IMG/VR virus record: IMGVR_UViG_3300043418_000120 | Coordinates: 109,881-173,880 of that record | Direction: 5' to 3' (one strand) | DNA from: a virus | DNA: 64,000 nt | Part shown: piece by piece, positions 53,821-64,000 of the stretch | Layout of the letters: every line of letters starts with the position of its first letter | Position numbering within the stretch: the first letter of the stretch is position 1 | The notes under the pieces: generated by a model | Told to the model about the DNA's origin: nothing | The model's database searches: none | Seen by the model: the letters and a program-made list of their open reading frames with translations, nothing else | Translations under genes and position numbers: made by a program

Positions 53821-55821
53821 ATGGCACAGTACGCAATCATCAAACAAAAGACAAAGGCACAGTCTGCTAAGAATTACGTATCTCGTATTCAAGCAGACGA
53901 TGCGTCATTGTACTTCTACTTCGGCAATCCTGTTTCATGGGCTGCTGTTCCAGGTGGGTCGTTTAACGACACCGCACCACCTCAACCAACAGATACACTG
54001 AAGAATGAGAAACAAATTTGGGATGGTATTATCGGTTTAAAGAAAATCGGTAATGGCGACGTGGCTCTTGGATTCAAACGTGTTGACTGGGTGTCTGGTC
54101 AGTACTACGACATGTACCGTGATGACTACGATGGTTCGTCAGTAACAGGCGTATCTCTTGTTAACGCACAAACTAAACCATTGAACCTTGCTAACTCAAC
54201 AAGCCTTGTTGTTGTTGAGAGCAGTGGAACATATAGAGTCTACCGCTGTATCGACAATCGAGACACAGCTACTGGCTATGCGCTTGCTTCTACAGTTAAG
54301 CCAACGTCAATCTTGAGTAGTATCCAAACAACATCTGATGGATACAAGTGGAAATACATGGGTCAACTATCATCGAACGATGCTAGCGAATTCCTAACAG
54401 CTAACCACTGCCCAATCCCATCAACAGTATCCACAACAACAGCCAATGGTGAAGTTGTTTCTGTTGTCTTGCTGAGTCGTGGCAATGGTTACTTGACTGC
54501 TCCTACAGTTACAATCAAGGGCGATGGCACTGGTCTTGTTCTTGGCACACCAGTTCTTGTTGGTGGTGGCGTATCATATATCCCGATCGTGAACAGTGGT
54601 GCTGGTTACACTTACGTTGAGCTGTCTATCTCTGGTGGTACTCCAACAACACCTGCAGTTGCTCGAGCAATTCTTGCTCCAACTGGTGGCTTCTGTTCTG
54701 ACTTCACGAAAGAAGTTGAAGCGAACTATATGATTGCTCGTGTTAACAACATCAATACAGACAATTACTTTGCCGCTCGTGGCAATGCCCCAGTGTCATA
54801 TGCTACTGATGGCGTACTTGGTCTTACATACAGAACAGTTGGTTTGATCGAGAACCCAGTTGAGACTGGCGCTCTGCTAACCAACTTCACAGAATACCGC
54901 TGCAATTTGATGACTGGTTCTATCAGCTACGGCGACAAACTAACATCACCAACAAGTGGTCTTGCTAATCCGATCGCAACAGTTGTTGGCGTCCGCAAAG
55001 ACAGCTCTTATGTGGCAACGGTTCTAACAATCAATGCTGCAACTGCAGTAAACAACACTACTCATGCCATCAATAAGATTGGCCATGCTCTAGTTACTGG
55101 CGATGCTGTGTCTTATAGCAACGGCGGTGGCACTTCCATTGGTGGTCTAACTAACGGTTCGACATACTATGTTGTCAAGGTGGATGCTGATAACTTCAAG
55201 TTGTCGCAGTCCCAAGCTGATGCTAACAACAACATCTTCATCTCTATCACAACTGGTATCGGCGCATCCCATACATTGACAGAGACTGTTGTTAAGACCT
55301 ACGTGTCTTTGGCACAAACTACTGAGCAATTGATTGAAGATAACCCTCTGGTTGCGGGCAGTCTGTTGACAACTACAACATCTTCTGGTAGCCTATACCT
55401 TGGACCATTCGCTTCGTTTAATGGTTCTTCTGGTTCAGTTGTTGGCGTTTCTTCTAACATCATCACAATCAATGGTCACCCGTTTACGACTGGTGACAAA
55501 GTAACATATAGCAACGGTGGTGGAACAACGATTCCATCGGTTCTAAATGCGTTGGTATCGGGTGGCACATTCTATGTCATTCGTGTTACATCAAACGAGA
55601 TTAAGTTGGCGACTTCTTACACAAACGCATTGGCAGGAACAGCAATCGACTTCACAGGATTGGGTTCTGGTTCAGCGCACACAATTACCTATACTGGTAC
55701 AGATTCAGTTGACTCTCCAGCAGTCACAAAGTATTCTGGAAATATCATCTTCACAGAGTATAGAAACGCAGTAACGAGATCTACTTCGAAAGAAAAGTTT
55801 AGATTCGTTCTGGAGTTCTGA
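53821..55821 (+). CDS. baseplate wedge subunit (gp8) with inserted repeat domains
   Basis: R.DW.SG..YD.Y, VYRCIDN, DGYKWKYM, YSG.II..E.R motifs. Confidence 0.82.
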   Translation: MAQYAIIKQKTKAQSAKNYVSRIQADDASLYFYFGNPVSWAAVPGGSFNDTAPPQPTDTLKNEKQIWDGIIGLKKIGNGDVALGFKRVDWVSGQYYDMYRDDYDGSSVTGVSLVNAQTKPLNLANSTSLVVVESSGTYRVYRCIDNRDTATGYALASTVKPTSILSSIQTTSDGYKWKYMGQLSSNDASEFLTANHCPIPSTVSTTTANGEVVSVVLLSRGNGYLTAPTVTIKGDGTGLVLGTPVLVGGGVSYIPIVNSGAGYTYVELSISGGTPTTPAVARAILAPTGGFCSDFTKEVEANYMIARVNNINTDNYFAARGNAPVSYATDGVLGLTYRTVGLIENPVETGALLTNFTEYRCNLMTGSISYGDKLTSPTSGLANPIATVVGVRKDSSYVATVLTINAATAVNNTTHAINKIGHALVTGDAVSYSNGGGTSIGGLTNGSTYYVVKVDADNFKLSQSQADANNNIFISITTGIGASHTLTETVVKTYVSLAQTTEQLIEDNPLVAGSLLTTTTSSGSLYLGPFASFNGSSGSVVGVSSNIITINGHPFTTGDKVTYSNGGGTTIPSVLNALVSGGTFYVIRVTSNEIKLATSYTNALAGTAIDFTGLGSGSAHTITYTGTDSVDSPAVTKYSGNIIFTEYRNAVTRSTSKEKFRFVLEF

Positions 55822-55860
55822 TAAATAAAGAAGATAGAAAATAAATTCGGAGAAAATTAA

Positions 55861-58800
55861 ATGAATTTCAACGCATCGCCATACTACGATGACTATAACG
55901 AGGATAAGCGATTCCTCCGTGTGTTGTTCCGTCCTGGATATTCAGTCCAAGCACGTGAACTGACACAAGCACAAACAATTCTTCAGAAGCAAGTCTCTAG
56001 AATTGGCGATTATATGTTCAAGAACAAGTCCAGAGTTATTCCTGGCGAACTTGTTACAACAACTTGTCACTCTATCAAACTAGAGCCAACTGAAATCGAT
56101 ACCAGCGCATTGCTGGACACATTCATTCCAGCTCTAGACAACATCACAATCAAGGGCGAAACTAGCGGCATCCGCGCTACTTTGATTCTTGCTGAAGCCT
56201 CAACTACAACTGGTGATCCAGCTCTGTTCCACATCAAGTATGTGACAGAAGGTTTGAATGGCGAAAAAGAATTCCTCCAAAATGAAATTCTATCTTTCAC
56301 AGTAAGCTCTGTTGAACAAACAACTACAACTGGTGGCTCTAGCCCAAGCGATCCTGTCATCACGACAACTACAAACGTTCCTCCAACGTACACAGATCCA
56401 CGCACTGGCGAAGTTATTACTGCCAACACTGGCGACTACCGTGTTCGTATTCAGAACGTAACTGATTATACAAACTACTCGACAGTAGCTCAGATTACTC
56501 ATGGTATCTTCTATGTTAACGGCGCGTTCGTTAAGGTTGATACGCAACGTATCTCTATCTCTAAGTATACAAACACTCCAACTCTATCAGTTGGTCTAGA
56601 CATTGTTGAAGAGATCGTTACACCAGAACAAGATATCAGCTTGCTTGATAACTCTTCTGGCACACCAAACTACACAGCTCCAGGCGCGCACCGCTACAAG
56701 ATGTCTTTGGTATTGACTGCTAAGGACATTGGTTACAGCAGCGAGAACTTCATTCTTCTGTCAACATTCCGTAAGGGTGGTCTACAGTTCGAAGCTAAAG
56801 GTACTGACCTTGCTGAACTAGAAAACCTATTGGCTCGTCGTACATTCGACGAATCGGGTGACTACACAGTTCGTCCATTCGAACTAGAAATGCGCGAGCA
56901 CCGTAACTCTGACCAAAGTCAGTGGACAGGTCTTGCTAACTACCAAGAAGGCGACGTTGTCTTCTACACAAATCCAACATCAAACAAGGTAAACTACTAC
57001 GTTTGTTTGGATAGTGGTGTTTCTGGTACTGCTCCACCAACACACGTATCTGGCGCTGTTAGCGACGGTGGCGTTCGTTGGAGATACACAACATCACCGA
57101 TGTATGACTACGGTGTTTACAATGATGCTGATGGTGGCGACACTGATAAGTTGGCATTCGGTCTTAAGAACGGTAAAGCATACATCAAAGGCTACGAGTT
57201 TGAAACTCATGGCGTTCGTTACGTATCAGCACCAAAGGCTCGTTCATACAGCAAGATTAAGAACACTGGTATCTCTACCAATCTTGGTAACATGATTGAC
57301 GTTATCCCATTCGGCGTACCAAACGTTGACGGATACCAAATTGTTGACTTGTATCGCGTTGATACACCACCAAACGCTGGTCAAAGTATGGGCACTATCG
57401 CTGCCTCTATCGATGCGTCAGGTACAGCAACTCCAAACAACGCAGTAGCTAAGTTAAACTATGCGATCGTTGGCTATCAAGCATCAGCAACAAGCGCAAC
57501 TGAATATCACGTTGCTAAGTTGCTAGCGAACAACGCAACAACTACAACATTCCCAGTTCCTATGGCAACATGGGCTGGTTTGAGTGGTGCTTCTCAAGCA
57601 TACGGTTCATACCTAACAACATCTAAGATCGGTACTGCTCGTCTTCGTTACTTCGAAGCTAACGATCCAGTAAACGGCAGAGCAACTGCTAAGGTTTCTC
57701 TGATGGACGTTCAGATGGATCCAGGGCAAGACTTCCGTAAGGTTCGTGTTATTGGCACACCGTTGAGCCAAGGCTCTACTTCTGCTGGTGGCGACCCAAC
57801 ATGTTTCCGCGCACTGGTTATCCCAACAACATACAACTCAGTAAGCATCGGTCAATCTACCGTAGCTACTTCAGGCACAACTGGCAACAACGTTGACTTG
57901 ACTGGTCTTGGCACTAAGTGGTTGTCAGCTGGTAACGTAAGTGCTGGCGATATGGTTTGGTTCCCTAACTCACCAACTCAATTCTTCTTCGTTCGCGACT
58001 TGCAAGGTTCCGACCGTGGTATGAAGGTGAACACATGGGCTAACTTCTCAGTGTCTGGTCCACTACAACGTGCTGATTGCGTATATCAATTCCCAGAAGA
58101 TGGCGACTCTATCTTCGACATGCCAAAGCATGACGTGCTAACTATCCGTGGTGGTGAAACTCTACAGGAAAACAACACAACATATACAACACTGGAAAAG
58201 TTTGTTGTTACTGGCGATGCTGGTGCGACATTCGTTACACTGAACTTCTCAGTTCCAGATCCAGACCAAGTTGTTATCTCTGATCGTAACTCATACATCG
58301 TTGCGAACAACACAACAGGCGAAATGGTTCTGCCATATGACGTTACCTTGACATCAGTGAACACTGGCGCTATCCGTTTGAACGCAGCTTCAACTCGCTC
58401 TGGTGATATCGCTAAACTACAGAACGACTCGTACACAATCTTTGTTCCTTCTTTGAAGCGTCTAACAAACGCCAAAGAAAAGGTTAAGTCATTGTTGTCT
58501 ACATCAATCGACTTGACACTACAAACAACTGTTGAACTTGACACAATCAAGTTGGCTAAAGCTGACGTGTTCCGTATCTTGAAGATTGAAATGTTCCCGA
58601 ACGTGATTTTCGGTAACGACATCTCTTCACAAATTACTGGCACTGGTATTGACATCACATCGAACTATGAGTTCGACAACGGTCAACGCGACACACACTA
58701 CGACTTGGCTCGCTTGATTAAAGGTAAGGCTGTTCCTTATCCATCAGGTCCAATCCGCATTACCTTTGAATACTTTGAACACACATCAGGCGACTACTTC

Positions 58801-61800
58801 TCAGTAGACTCTTACCCTGACTTGTTGTACGCAGAAATCCCTAACTACTTCAGTAAGGTGACTGGTCGTACCGTAAGCATGCGCGATGTGCTAGACTTCC
58901 GCCCACGTGTTAACGATGGTGGTACGTTCGATGGCGGTAACGCTTCTCTAACTGCTCTACCACAACGTAAGTATGGTCTACAATGTGACTTCGCTTACTA
59001 CTTGCCACGTAAGGACAAGATTGTTCTGAACAAGGCTGGTAACTTCGTAGTCATCCAAGGTGTTTCTTCTGACAACCCACAGTTGCCACAAGCCCCATCT
59101 GATTCTATGGAATTGTATGACGTTGAATACAAACCATACACATATGCTGCGAACACAAGCAACATCTCTATCAAACCAATCGACAATCGCCGCTTCACTA
59201 TGCGCGATATCGCTAAGATCGAGAAACGACTAAGCACTCTTGAGCAACAAACTGCTCTGACATTGCTTGAGCGCACTACAGCTGCCTTCTCCATCAAAGA
59301 CCAAGACGGTCTTGATCGTTTCAAGAATGGCTTCGCTGTTGACAACTTCTCTGGCCACTCAGTTGGTAACGTTCTAGATGCAGATTACGAATGCTCTATC
59401 GACATCGTTGATCGCTTCTTGCGCCCATCATTCAACACTGTTGGTGTTGACTTGGTCGAACAAGCAAGCTCTGTTGTTGAACGCAATGCTGCTGGTTACC
59501 GTATGCACGAAGGTAACATCATTACCCTACCATACTATACTGGTGCTCAGTACTTCTACAAGAACAAGAACGAAATTCAGGCAATCATCAACAAGGGTAC
59601 TGCTGCTACAGCTGCTGACTTGAGCCGTAAAGAAACATTGATTCGCGATAACAACGATATGTGTGTTCTTGAGCAACCATACGCCACTGACGCAATTGCT
59701 ATTGCTGCTTTGACAACTGGTGGTGCTTCTGGTATCATGTCTCTGTTCCCATCTTCTGACATCTGGTTGGAATCAAACGTTCCAGCTGACTTGGTGATCA
59801 ACGAAGGTGGTACATTCGACAGCGTTGCTGCTCAAGCCGATGCTCTTGGTATTGACTTCGGCACAATCTGGAACAGCTGGCAAATCGCCTCTCTAGGCAA
59901 GCCAGTTACAACAGTAAGCTCTGCTTCTTGGAGAGCTGATGGTGGTACATATACAGCTACGACTTCTGTTGTTACTCAACAAGTCAATGAAGCAGCTACT
60001 GGTACTGTTACATCGCTAAATGAATCGGTTGGCTTCACGCAAGTGTCTGGTCGCTTGACTGCTCGCCAGTCTGTGTCATACATTCGTTCACGCCCAGTCG
60101 TGTTCGTTGCTACTGGTATCAAACAGTCTACTCGCCTATACTCATTCTTGGATGAGACTGACGTAACTAACTACTGTACCCAAGCTACACGTTTGTACTT
60201 GGCTGCTCGTTCGTTTAACTACTCAACTGTTCCATTCCAGTTTGGCTCATCTACAACTGAGCGTCAAGTGTTCTTGACATTCAATACTGACAACGTACAG
60301 TCAAGCAATGCTTCGAACTTCGAACGTACATTCAGCGGTTCTATCCTGAACGACAAAGTTACTCCAACTAACACGTTCACGTCTATCCGTTCAAGTACTG
60401 ATACTTCTTCTACAACAGCCGTTACAACTACAACGTTGAACGACCCAGCAAGAAACATCATTGCCCCTAACGCAGAAATTACAGCGTTCAACAAGGGTGA
60501 AGTTATCCGTGGCGCTAAGTCTGGTGCTACTGCTATCGTTATCTTGCACGAGCAATCAACTGCTGCTGCTACTGGCCAACCAGACGGTGTTCTTGACACT
60601 CTACACGTTGTTAACGTGCGTGGTACTTTCATTGCTGGTGAACAGCTGATCGGTACATTGAAGCGCGACGACCTAAACGGTGGCGTTCTAACATTGTCTC
60701 TACGCGCTTCTAACTCTATCGAAGTTAGCGCTCCAGGCGTTCTAGTGTCAACTGGTACTGGTCGTATCGCTGGTACATGGATGATCACTTCTGGTCAAGT
60801 TATCAACAACGTGGCTTCACCTAAGTTCTTGACTGGCAACCGTATCTTCTCTGTACAAGATACAACATCTAACGCGCCTACTTCTAACGGTCGTATCAAC
60901 CGTACTACTTACGCTGACTGTATCTACTCAGCAACTGGTATTATCGATGCTGGCTCTGGAACAACAGTTGGTGTGCGTCTTGGTTCTATTGGTGTGGGTG
61001 ACGTTACTCGCGACCGCTCTTACATCCAACAGTTGTCTTCAAATACTAAGACAACTTACTTGGCGGATCCTCCTCCTCCAGCTCCATCAAACGACCCATT
61101 GGCCCAGACATTCATTGTGTCTAGCGGCAACTTCGAAACTGCTGAAGGTAGCTTCATCACTGAAGTCGAGTTGTTCTTCCAATCAAAAGACTCTGTACAA
61201 CCAGTGTCCGTTGAACTACGCACAACATCTAACGGCTACCCAACAAACGACACACTTCCGTTCGCTCAGAAGTATGTTTACCCATCAGAAGTATTGACTT
61301 CTGCTAACGGTAGCGTTGGTACTACAGTTCGTTTCCCAGTTCCTGTCTACGTAAAAGAAGGCACGATGTACTCGGTGATCGTTACAACAGCCAGCCCACA
61401 GTACAAACTATGGGTATCTACGCTTGACGGCACCGACCAAAGTAACGCCAAGTTGGGTAAGGTTCTGAAGAACCCAGCAGTTGGTTCGTTGTTCAAGTCA
61501 CAGAACTCTTCAACATGGCAAGAGTCGCCAACGCAAGACTTGAAGATTAACATCTTCCGCGCTGTGTTTAACACAACTACAACTGGCACTACAGCTGCTA
61601 CGCTTGGTACTGCCACTGGCGCAAGCTATGTTACAATGAAGGCTGCTGACATTTCTCCATTGAGCAATACTCAGCGTTCTACTAAGTACACATCTCTTGC
61701 TCTGAACGCATTCCGCGCTAAGTTGGGTCAGTCTGAAATTATTGTTCGCCACCCTAACCACGGTATGTCTGTTGGTTCTAGCGTGTCGTACATGAACGTG

Positions 61801-64000
61801 ACTGGTGCTGATCAATTCGGCTTCGCAAACAGCCAACTAAACACTGGTACGTTTACTGAAACTCAGTATGACATCAAGACTTCTACATTCGTATCAACTG
61901 GTACGATGGTTAAGCACAATGTGTACAAAGTTTACAGCCATGACATCTACAGCATTCGCTTGTACGATGCTCAAGGTGCTGCTCGTCTAGCAACATCTAG
62001 TGGTCAGTTCGGTGGTGACCAGATGATGGCTTCACGCAACGTTCCGTTCACAGTTCTACACCCTGCGGTAAACGTATTGAACTTCCAATCAACATCGACA
62101 GATGCTGAAGTTCGTACATCATCAGGACGTAGCCCAACAGGTAACGAAACACCTTACTTGAAGGACAGCAACTGGACTCCAGTTACACTGAACGACAACA
62201 ACTACTTCAATAACCAACGCGTAATCTTTAACAAGCAAAACGAAATCGACAAGCTCGATCGCGCTAACTCGTTCGACCTACGTATTCAAATGAAGACGTC
62301 TAACCGTTTCGTGTCGCCAGTGATTGACATGGACCGCGCAATGGCTATCTGTACAGAGAACCGTATCGACGATCCAGTATCAACTAAGAACATCAACGGT
62401 AACTACTACTCTGCTTCTGGCAAGTACGATGGTACTGATATCTACTTCACTGAATATGACGACCGTCAAGGTGGCGCTCAGATGGGTTACATTACACGTA
62501 AGCTACAGTTCCAAAACACTTCTAAGTTGTTGAAGATCCAGATGGCTGCGTCTATCCCATCTAACTGCGGTATCGACAAGTCTACACCATCGGTAACATT
62601 GCCTGTTAAGTTCCAAGCTGGTTCGCGTACTTCTGAACACCCAGCGATTATCACGCAACGTTCTGCTATCACAACTGCTTACCCAGTTAACACTACTGCT
62701 ATTACTATGCAGGCTGTGACTAACTTGGTTGACGGTATGTATGTTTATGGTCCAGGCATCCAGACTGGTACTCGTATCAACGGTATCTCTGGTGTGATTG
62801 TCACTTTGGATAAAGCTACTAAGGCAGCTATCCCATCGACAAGTGCTGGTTCTGTGTTCTACTTCACATCGTTCGACATTACCCAACAAGATAAGACCCG
62901 TCAAATCGACGTTGGCGACTATGTAACTTACACTGGTTCAGGTAACGTTCTAGCAAGTGGCACATATGTGACATCTGCTCCAAAGAACTCTTACTTCACT
63001 AAGCAAGTTGGTTCGTACTCAACAGGTAAGTTTGTCCTAGCAACAGCTGCTAACCCAGTAACTTTGACAAACACTACTGTTGGTGGTATTGACCCAACAA
63101 CAAACAACATGACTATTGCTGTTGATGATATCTCGAATATCAAGCAAGGTATGTACTGCTATGTTAAGTTCTACAACTCGAATGATGGTACATTCGACTG
63201 GGCTCCAGCAACTATCCGTCGCGTTCTTCGTGTCAACACTGACTCTAAGAGCATTACGCTACAGAACATTGCTACTGGTGACGAATTCGCCACTTCAGGT
63301 TACAGCCCTAACTTCTTCTTCAACGCAAACAACAACGTGATCACGTTCTTCAACCCTGTGATCAAGTTGAACCAAGCTACTTTGGGTGCGATTGACTCAA
63401 CAATGACTGGACGTGTCCAATCTAACTTGTTGACATTCACTTCTCCACCTAATGCTGAAGTTGAAGTGTACGCGAAGATTTCGAATGGTGGTTCTGCTTC
63501 TTCAACAGCAGCTCTACAGTTCTACTCTAACGAGTACAACGCTAGCACAAACCCTTACGGTGTTGATAGTACAAACGATATCATCTACTTCCCAGTAGCC
63601 CACAACTTGAACACTGGTTCTCCAGTTCTATACAATGCTCAGGCTAACACGGTTGGTGGATTGGTAACTGGTACTGTGTACTACGCAGTGTTCGTGTCTA
63701 CAACTTCTATCAAGTTGGCTGTTGATGCTGCTACTGCTGCAGCTGTTGCGAAAGGTACTGTGGGCTTCAACCCTATGAACTTGGCTGCTACTGCTGTGCA
63801 AGAATCGCACACAATCACTGACGTGAACCAGAAGAACCAAGCTAGCATCGAAGACAGCCTATACTTCCGTATCCTTCCAGATACAACTATCGGCGGTGAT
63901 GCTACAACTTATGGTGGCAACTATCCTCTGGCAACAGGTAAGGGACAGTTGACATACAGTGACGATGACACTAAATACATTGACCACTCGTTTACTGTTG
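55861..64000 (+). CDS. very large VrlC/DUF4815-like virion structural protein, truncated by window end
   Basis: MNFNASPYYDDY...LFRPG.SVQARELTQ.Q; APGAHR, RRTFDESG.Y, RFKNGF.VDNF, DPLAQTF motifs; absent from track because no stop occurs in the window. Confidence 0.85.
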   Translation, partial: MNFNASPYYDDYNEDKRFLRVLFRPGYSVQARELTQAQTILQKQVSRIGDYMFKNKSRVIPGELVTTTCHSIKLEPTEIDTSALLDTFIPALDNITIKGETSGIRATLILAEASTTTGDPALFHIKYVTEGLNGEKEFLQNEILSFTVSSVEQTTTTGGSSPSDPVITTTTNVPPTYTDPRTGEVITANTGDYRVRIQNVTDYTNYSTVAQITHGIFYVNGAFVKVDTQRISISKYTNTPTLSVGLDIVEEIVTPEQDISLLDNSSGTPNYTAPGAHRYKMSLVLTAKDIGYSSENFILLSTFRKGGLQFEAKGTDLAELENLLARRTFDESGDYTVRPFELEMREHRNSDQSQWTGLANYQEGDVVFYTNPTSNKVNYYVCLDSGVSGTAPPTHVSGAVSDGGVRWRYTTSPMYDYGVYNDADGGDTDKLAFGLKNGKAYIKGYEFETHGVRYVSAPKARSYSKIKNTGISTNLGNMIDVIPFGVPNVDGYQIVDLYRVDTPPNAGQSMGTIAASIDASGTATPNNAVAKLNYAIVGYQASATSATEYHVAKLLANNATTTTFPVPMATWAGLSGASQAYGSYLTTSKIGTARLRYFEANDPVNGRATAKVSLMDVQMDPGQDFRKVRVIGTPLSQGSTSAGGDPTCFRALVIPTTYNSVSIGQSTVATSGTTGNNVDLTGLGTKWLSAGNVSAGDMVWFPNSPTQFFFVRDLQGSDRGMKVNTWANFSVSGPLQRADCVYQFPEDGDSIFDMPKHDVLTIRGGETLQENNTTYTTLEKFVVTGDAGATFVTLNFSVPDPDQVVISDRNSYIVANNTTGEMVLPYDVTLTSVNTGAIRLNAASTRSGDIAKLQNDSYTIFVPSLKRLTNAKEKVKSLLSTSIDLTLQTTVELDTIKLAKADVFRILKIEMFPNVIFGNDISSQITGTGIDITSNYEFDNGQRDTHYDLARLIKGKAVPYPSGPIRITFEYFEHTSGDYFSVDSYPDLLYAEIPNYFSKVTGRTVSMRDVLDFRPRVNDGGTFDGGNASLTALPQRKYGLQCDFAYYLPRKDKIVLNKAGNFVVIQGVSSDNPQLPQAPSDSMELYDVEYKPYTYAANTSNISIKPIDNRRFTMRDIAKIEKRLSTLEQQTALTLLERTTAAFSIKDQDGLDRFKNGFAVDNFSGHSVGNVLDADYECSIDIVDRFLRPSFNTVGVDLVEQASSVVERNAAGYRMHEGNIITLPYYTGAQYFYKNKNEIQAIINKGTAATAADLSRKETLIRDNNDMCVLEQPYATDAIAIAALTTGGASGIMSLFPSSDIWLESNVPADLVINEGGTFDSVAAQADALGIDFGTIWNSWQIASLGKPVTTVSSASWRADGGTYTATTSVVTQQVNEAATGTVTSLNESVGFTQVSGRLTARQSVSYIRSRPVVFVATGIKQSTRLYSFLDETDVTNYCTQATRLYLAARSFNYSTVPFQFGSSTTERQVFLTFNTDNVQSSNASNFERTFSGSILNDKVTPTNTFTSIRSSTDTSSTTAVTTTTLNDPARNIIAPNAEITAFNKGEVIRGAKSGATAIVILHEQSTAAATGQPDGVLDTLHVVNVRGTFIAGEQLIGTLKRDDLNGGVLTLSLRASNSIEVSAPGVLVSTGTGRIAGTWMITSGQVINNVASPKFLTGNRIFSVQDTTSNAPTSNGRINRTTYADCIYSATGIIDAGSGTTVGVRLGSIGVGDVTRDRSYIQQLSSNTKTTYLADPPPPAPSNDPLAQTFIVSSGNFETAEGSFITEVELFFQSKDSVQPVSVELRTTSNGYPTNDTLPFAQKYVYPSEVLTSANGSVGTTVRFPVPVYVKEGTMYSVIVTTASPQYKLWVSTLDGTDQSNAKLGKVLKNPAVGSLFKSQNSSTWQESPTQDLKINIFRAVFNTTTTGTTAATLGTATGASYVTMKAADISPLSNTQRSTKYTSLALNAFRAKLGQSEIIVRHPNHGMSVGSSVSYMNVTGADQFGFANSQLNTGTFTETQYDIKTSTFVSTGTMVKHNVYKVYSHDIYSIRLYDAQGAARLATSSGQFGGDQMMASRNVPFTVLHPAVNVLNFQSTSTDAEVRTSSGRSPTGNETPYLKDSNWTPVTLNDNNYFNNQRVIFNKQNEIDKLDRANSFDLRIQMKTSNRFVSPVIDMDRAMAICTENRIDDPVSTKNINGNYYSASGKYDGTDIYFTEYDDRQGGAQMGYITRKLQFQNTSKLLKIQMAASIPSNCGIDKSTPSVTLPVKFQAGSRTSEHPAIITQRSAITTAYPVNTTAITMQAVTNLVDGMYVYGPGIQTGTRINGISGVIVTLDKATKAAIPSTSAGSVFYFTSFDITQQDKTRQIDVGDYVTYTGSGNVLASGTYVTSAPKNSYFTKQVGSYSTGKFVLATAANPVTLTNTTVGGIDPTTNNMTIAVDDISNIKQGMYCYVKFYNSNDGTFDWAPATIRRVLRVNTDSKSITLQNIATGDEFATSGYSPNFFFNANNNVITFFNPVIKLNQATLGAIDSTMTGRVQSNLLTFTSPPNAEVEVYAKISNGGSASSTAALQFYSNEYNASTNPYGVDSTNDIIYFPVAHNLNTGSPVLYNAQANTVGGLVTGTVYYAVFVSTTSIKLAVDAATAAAVAKGTVGFNPMNLAATAVQESHTITDVNQKNQASIEDSLYFRILPDTTIGGDATTYGGNYPLATGKGQLTYSDDDTKYIDHSFTV

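Noticed and set aside
56067-63840. Short track ORFs in the last 8 kb
   Set aside because: All overlap the single long + strand frame starting at 55861
1-64000. Alternative genetic code or stop-codon recoding
   Set aside because: Core genes are full-length under code 11 and no suppressor tRNA was found

Overview
A 64-kb segment of a large T4-like (myovirus) phage genome. The host is probably betaproteobacterial, inferred from a permuted beta-type tmRNA. Layout: (1) 1-17.3 kb, early/accessory and nucleotide-metabolism genes (rnh, dCMP deaminase, DNA ligase, two MazG-like, PhoH, GH19 lysin, SleB-like hydrolase, ClpP-like) plus a two-piece tmRNA and an unannotated ArfA-like ORF. (2) 17.3-28.9 kb, a translation/RNA island with 33 tRNAs covering all 20 amino acids, interspersed ncRNAs, phosphatases and a Ro60-like (DUF2828-type) gene. 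(3) 28.9-33.5 kb, oxygenases, gp33, gp59, gp32. (4) 33.5-64 kb, T4-like head, tail and baseplate genes, ending in a very large VrlC/DUF4815-like ORF truncated by the window. Two candidate novel systems stand out. (a) A 39-codon leader peptide using all 20 amino acids (31 different codons) is coupled to mutually exclusive antiterminator/terminator hairpins upstream of the tRNA array, suggesting a pan-tRNA attenuator. (b) Eight ncRNAs share an AGG-stem/C(A/T)GCA(A/G) scaffold and carry anticodon stem-loops or circularly permuted tRNA bodies; two lie directly upstream of the Ro60-like gene, suggesting a tRNA-decoy or Y-RNA-like RNP. Family calls come from motif recognition and manual folding only; no searches were run.
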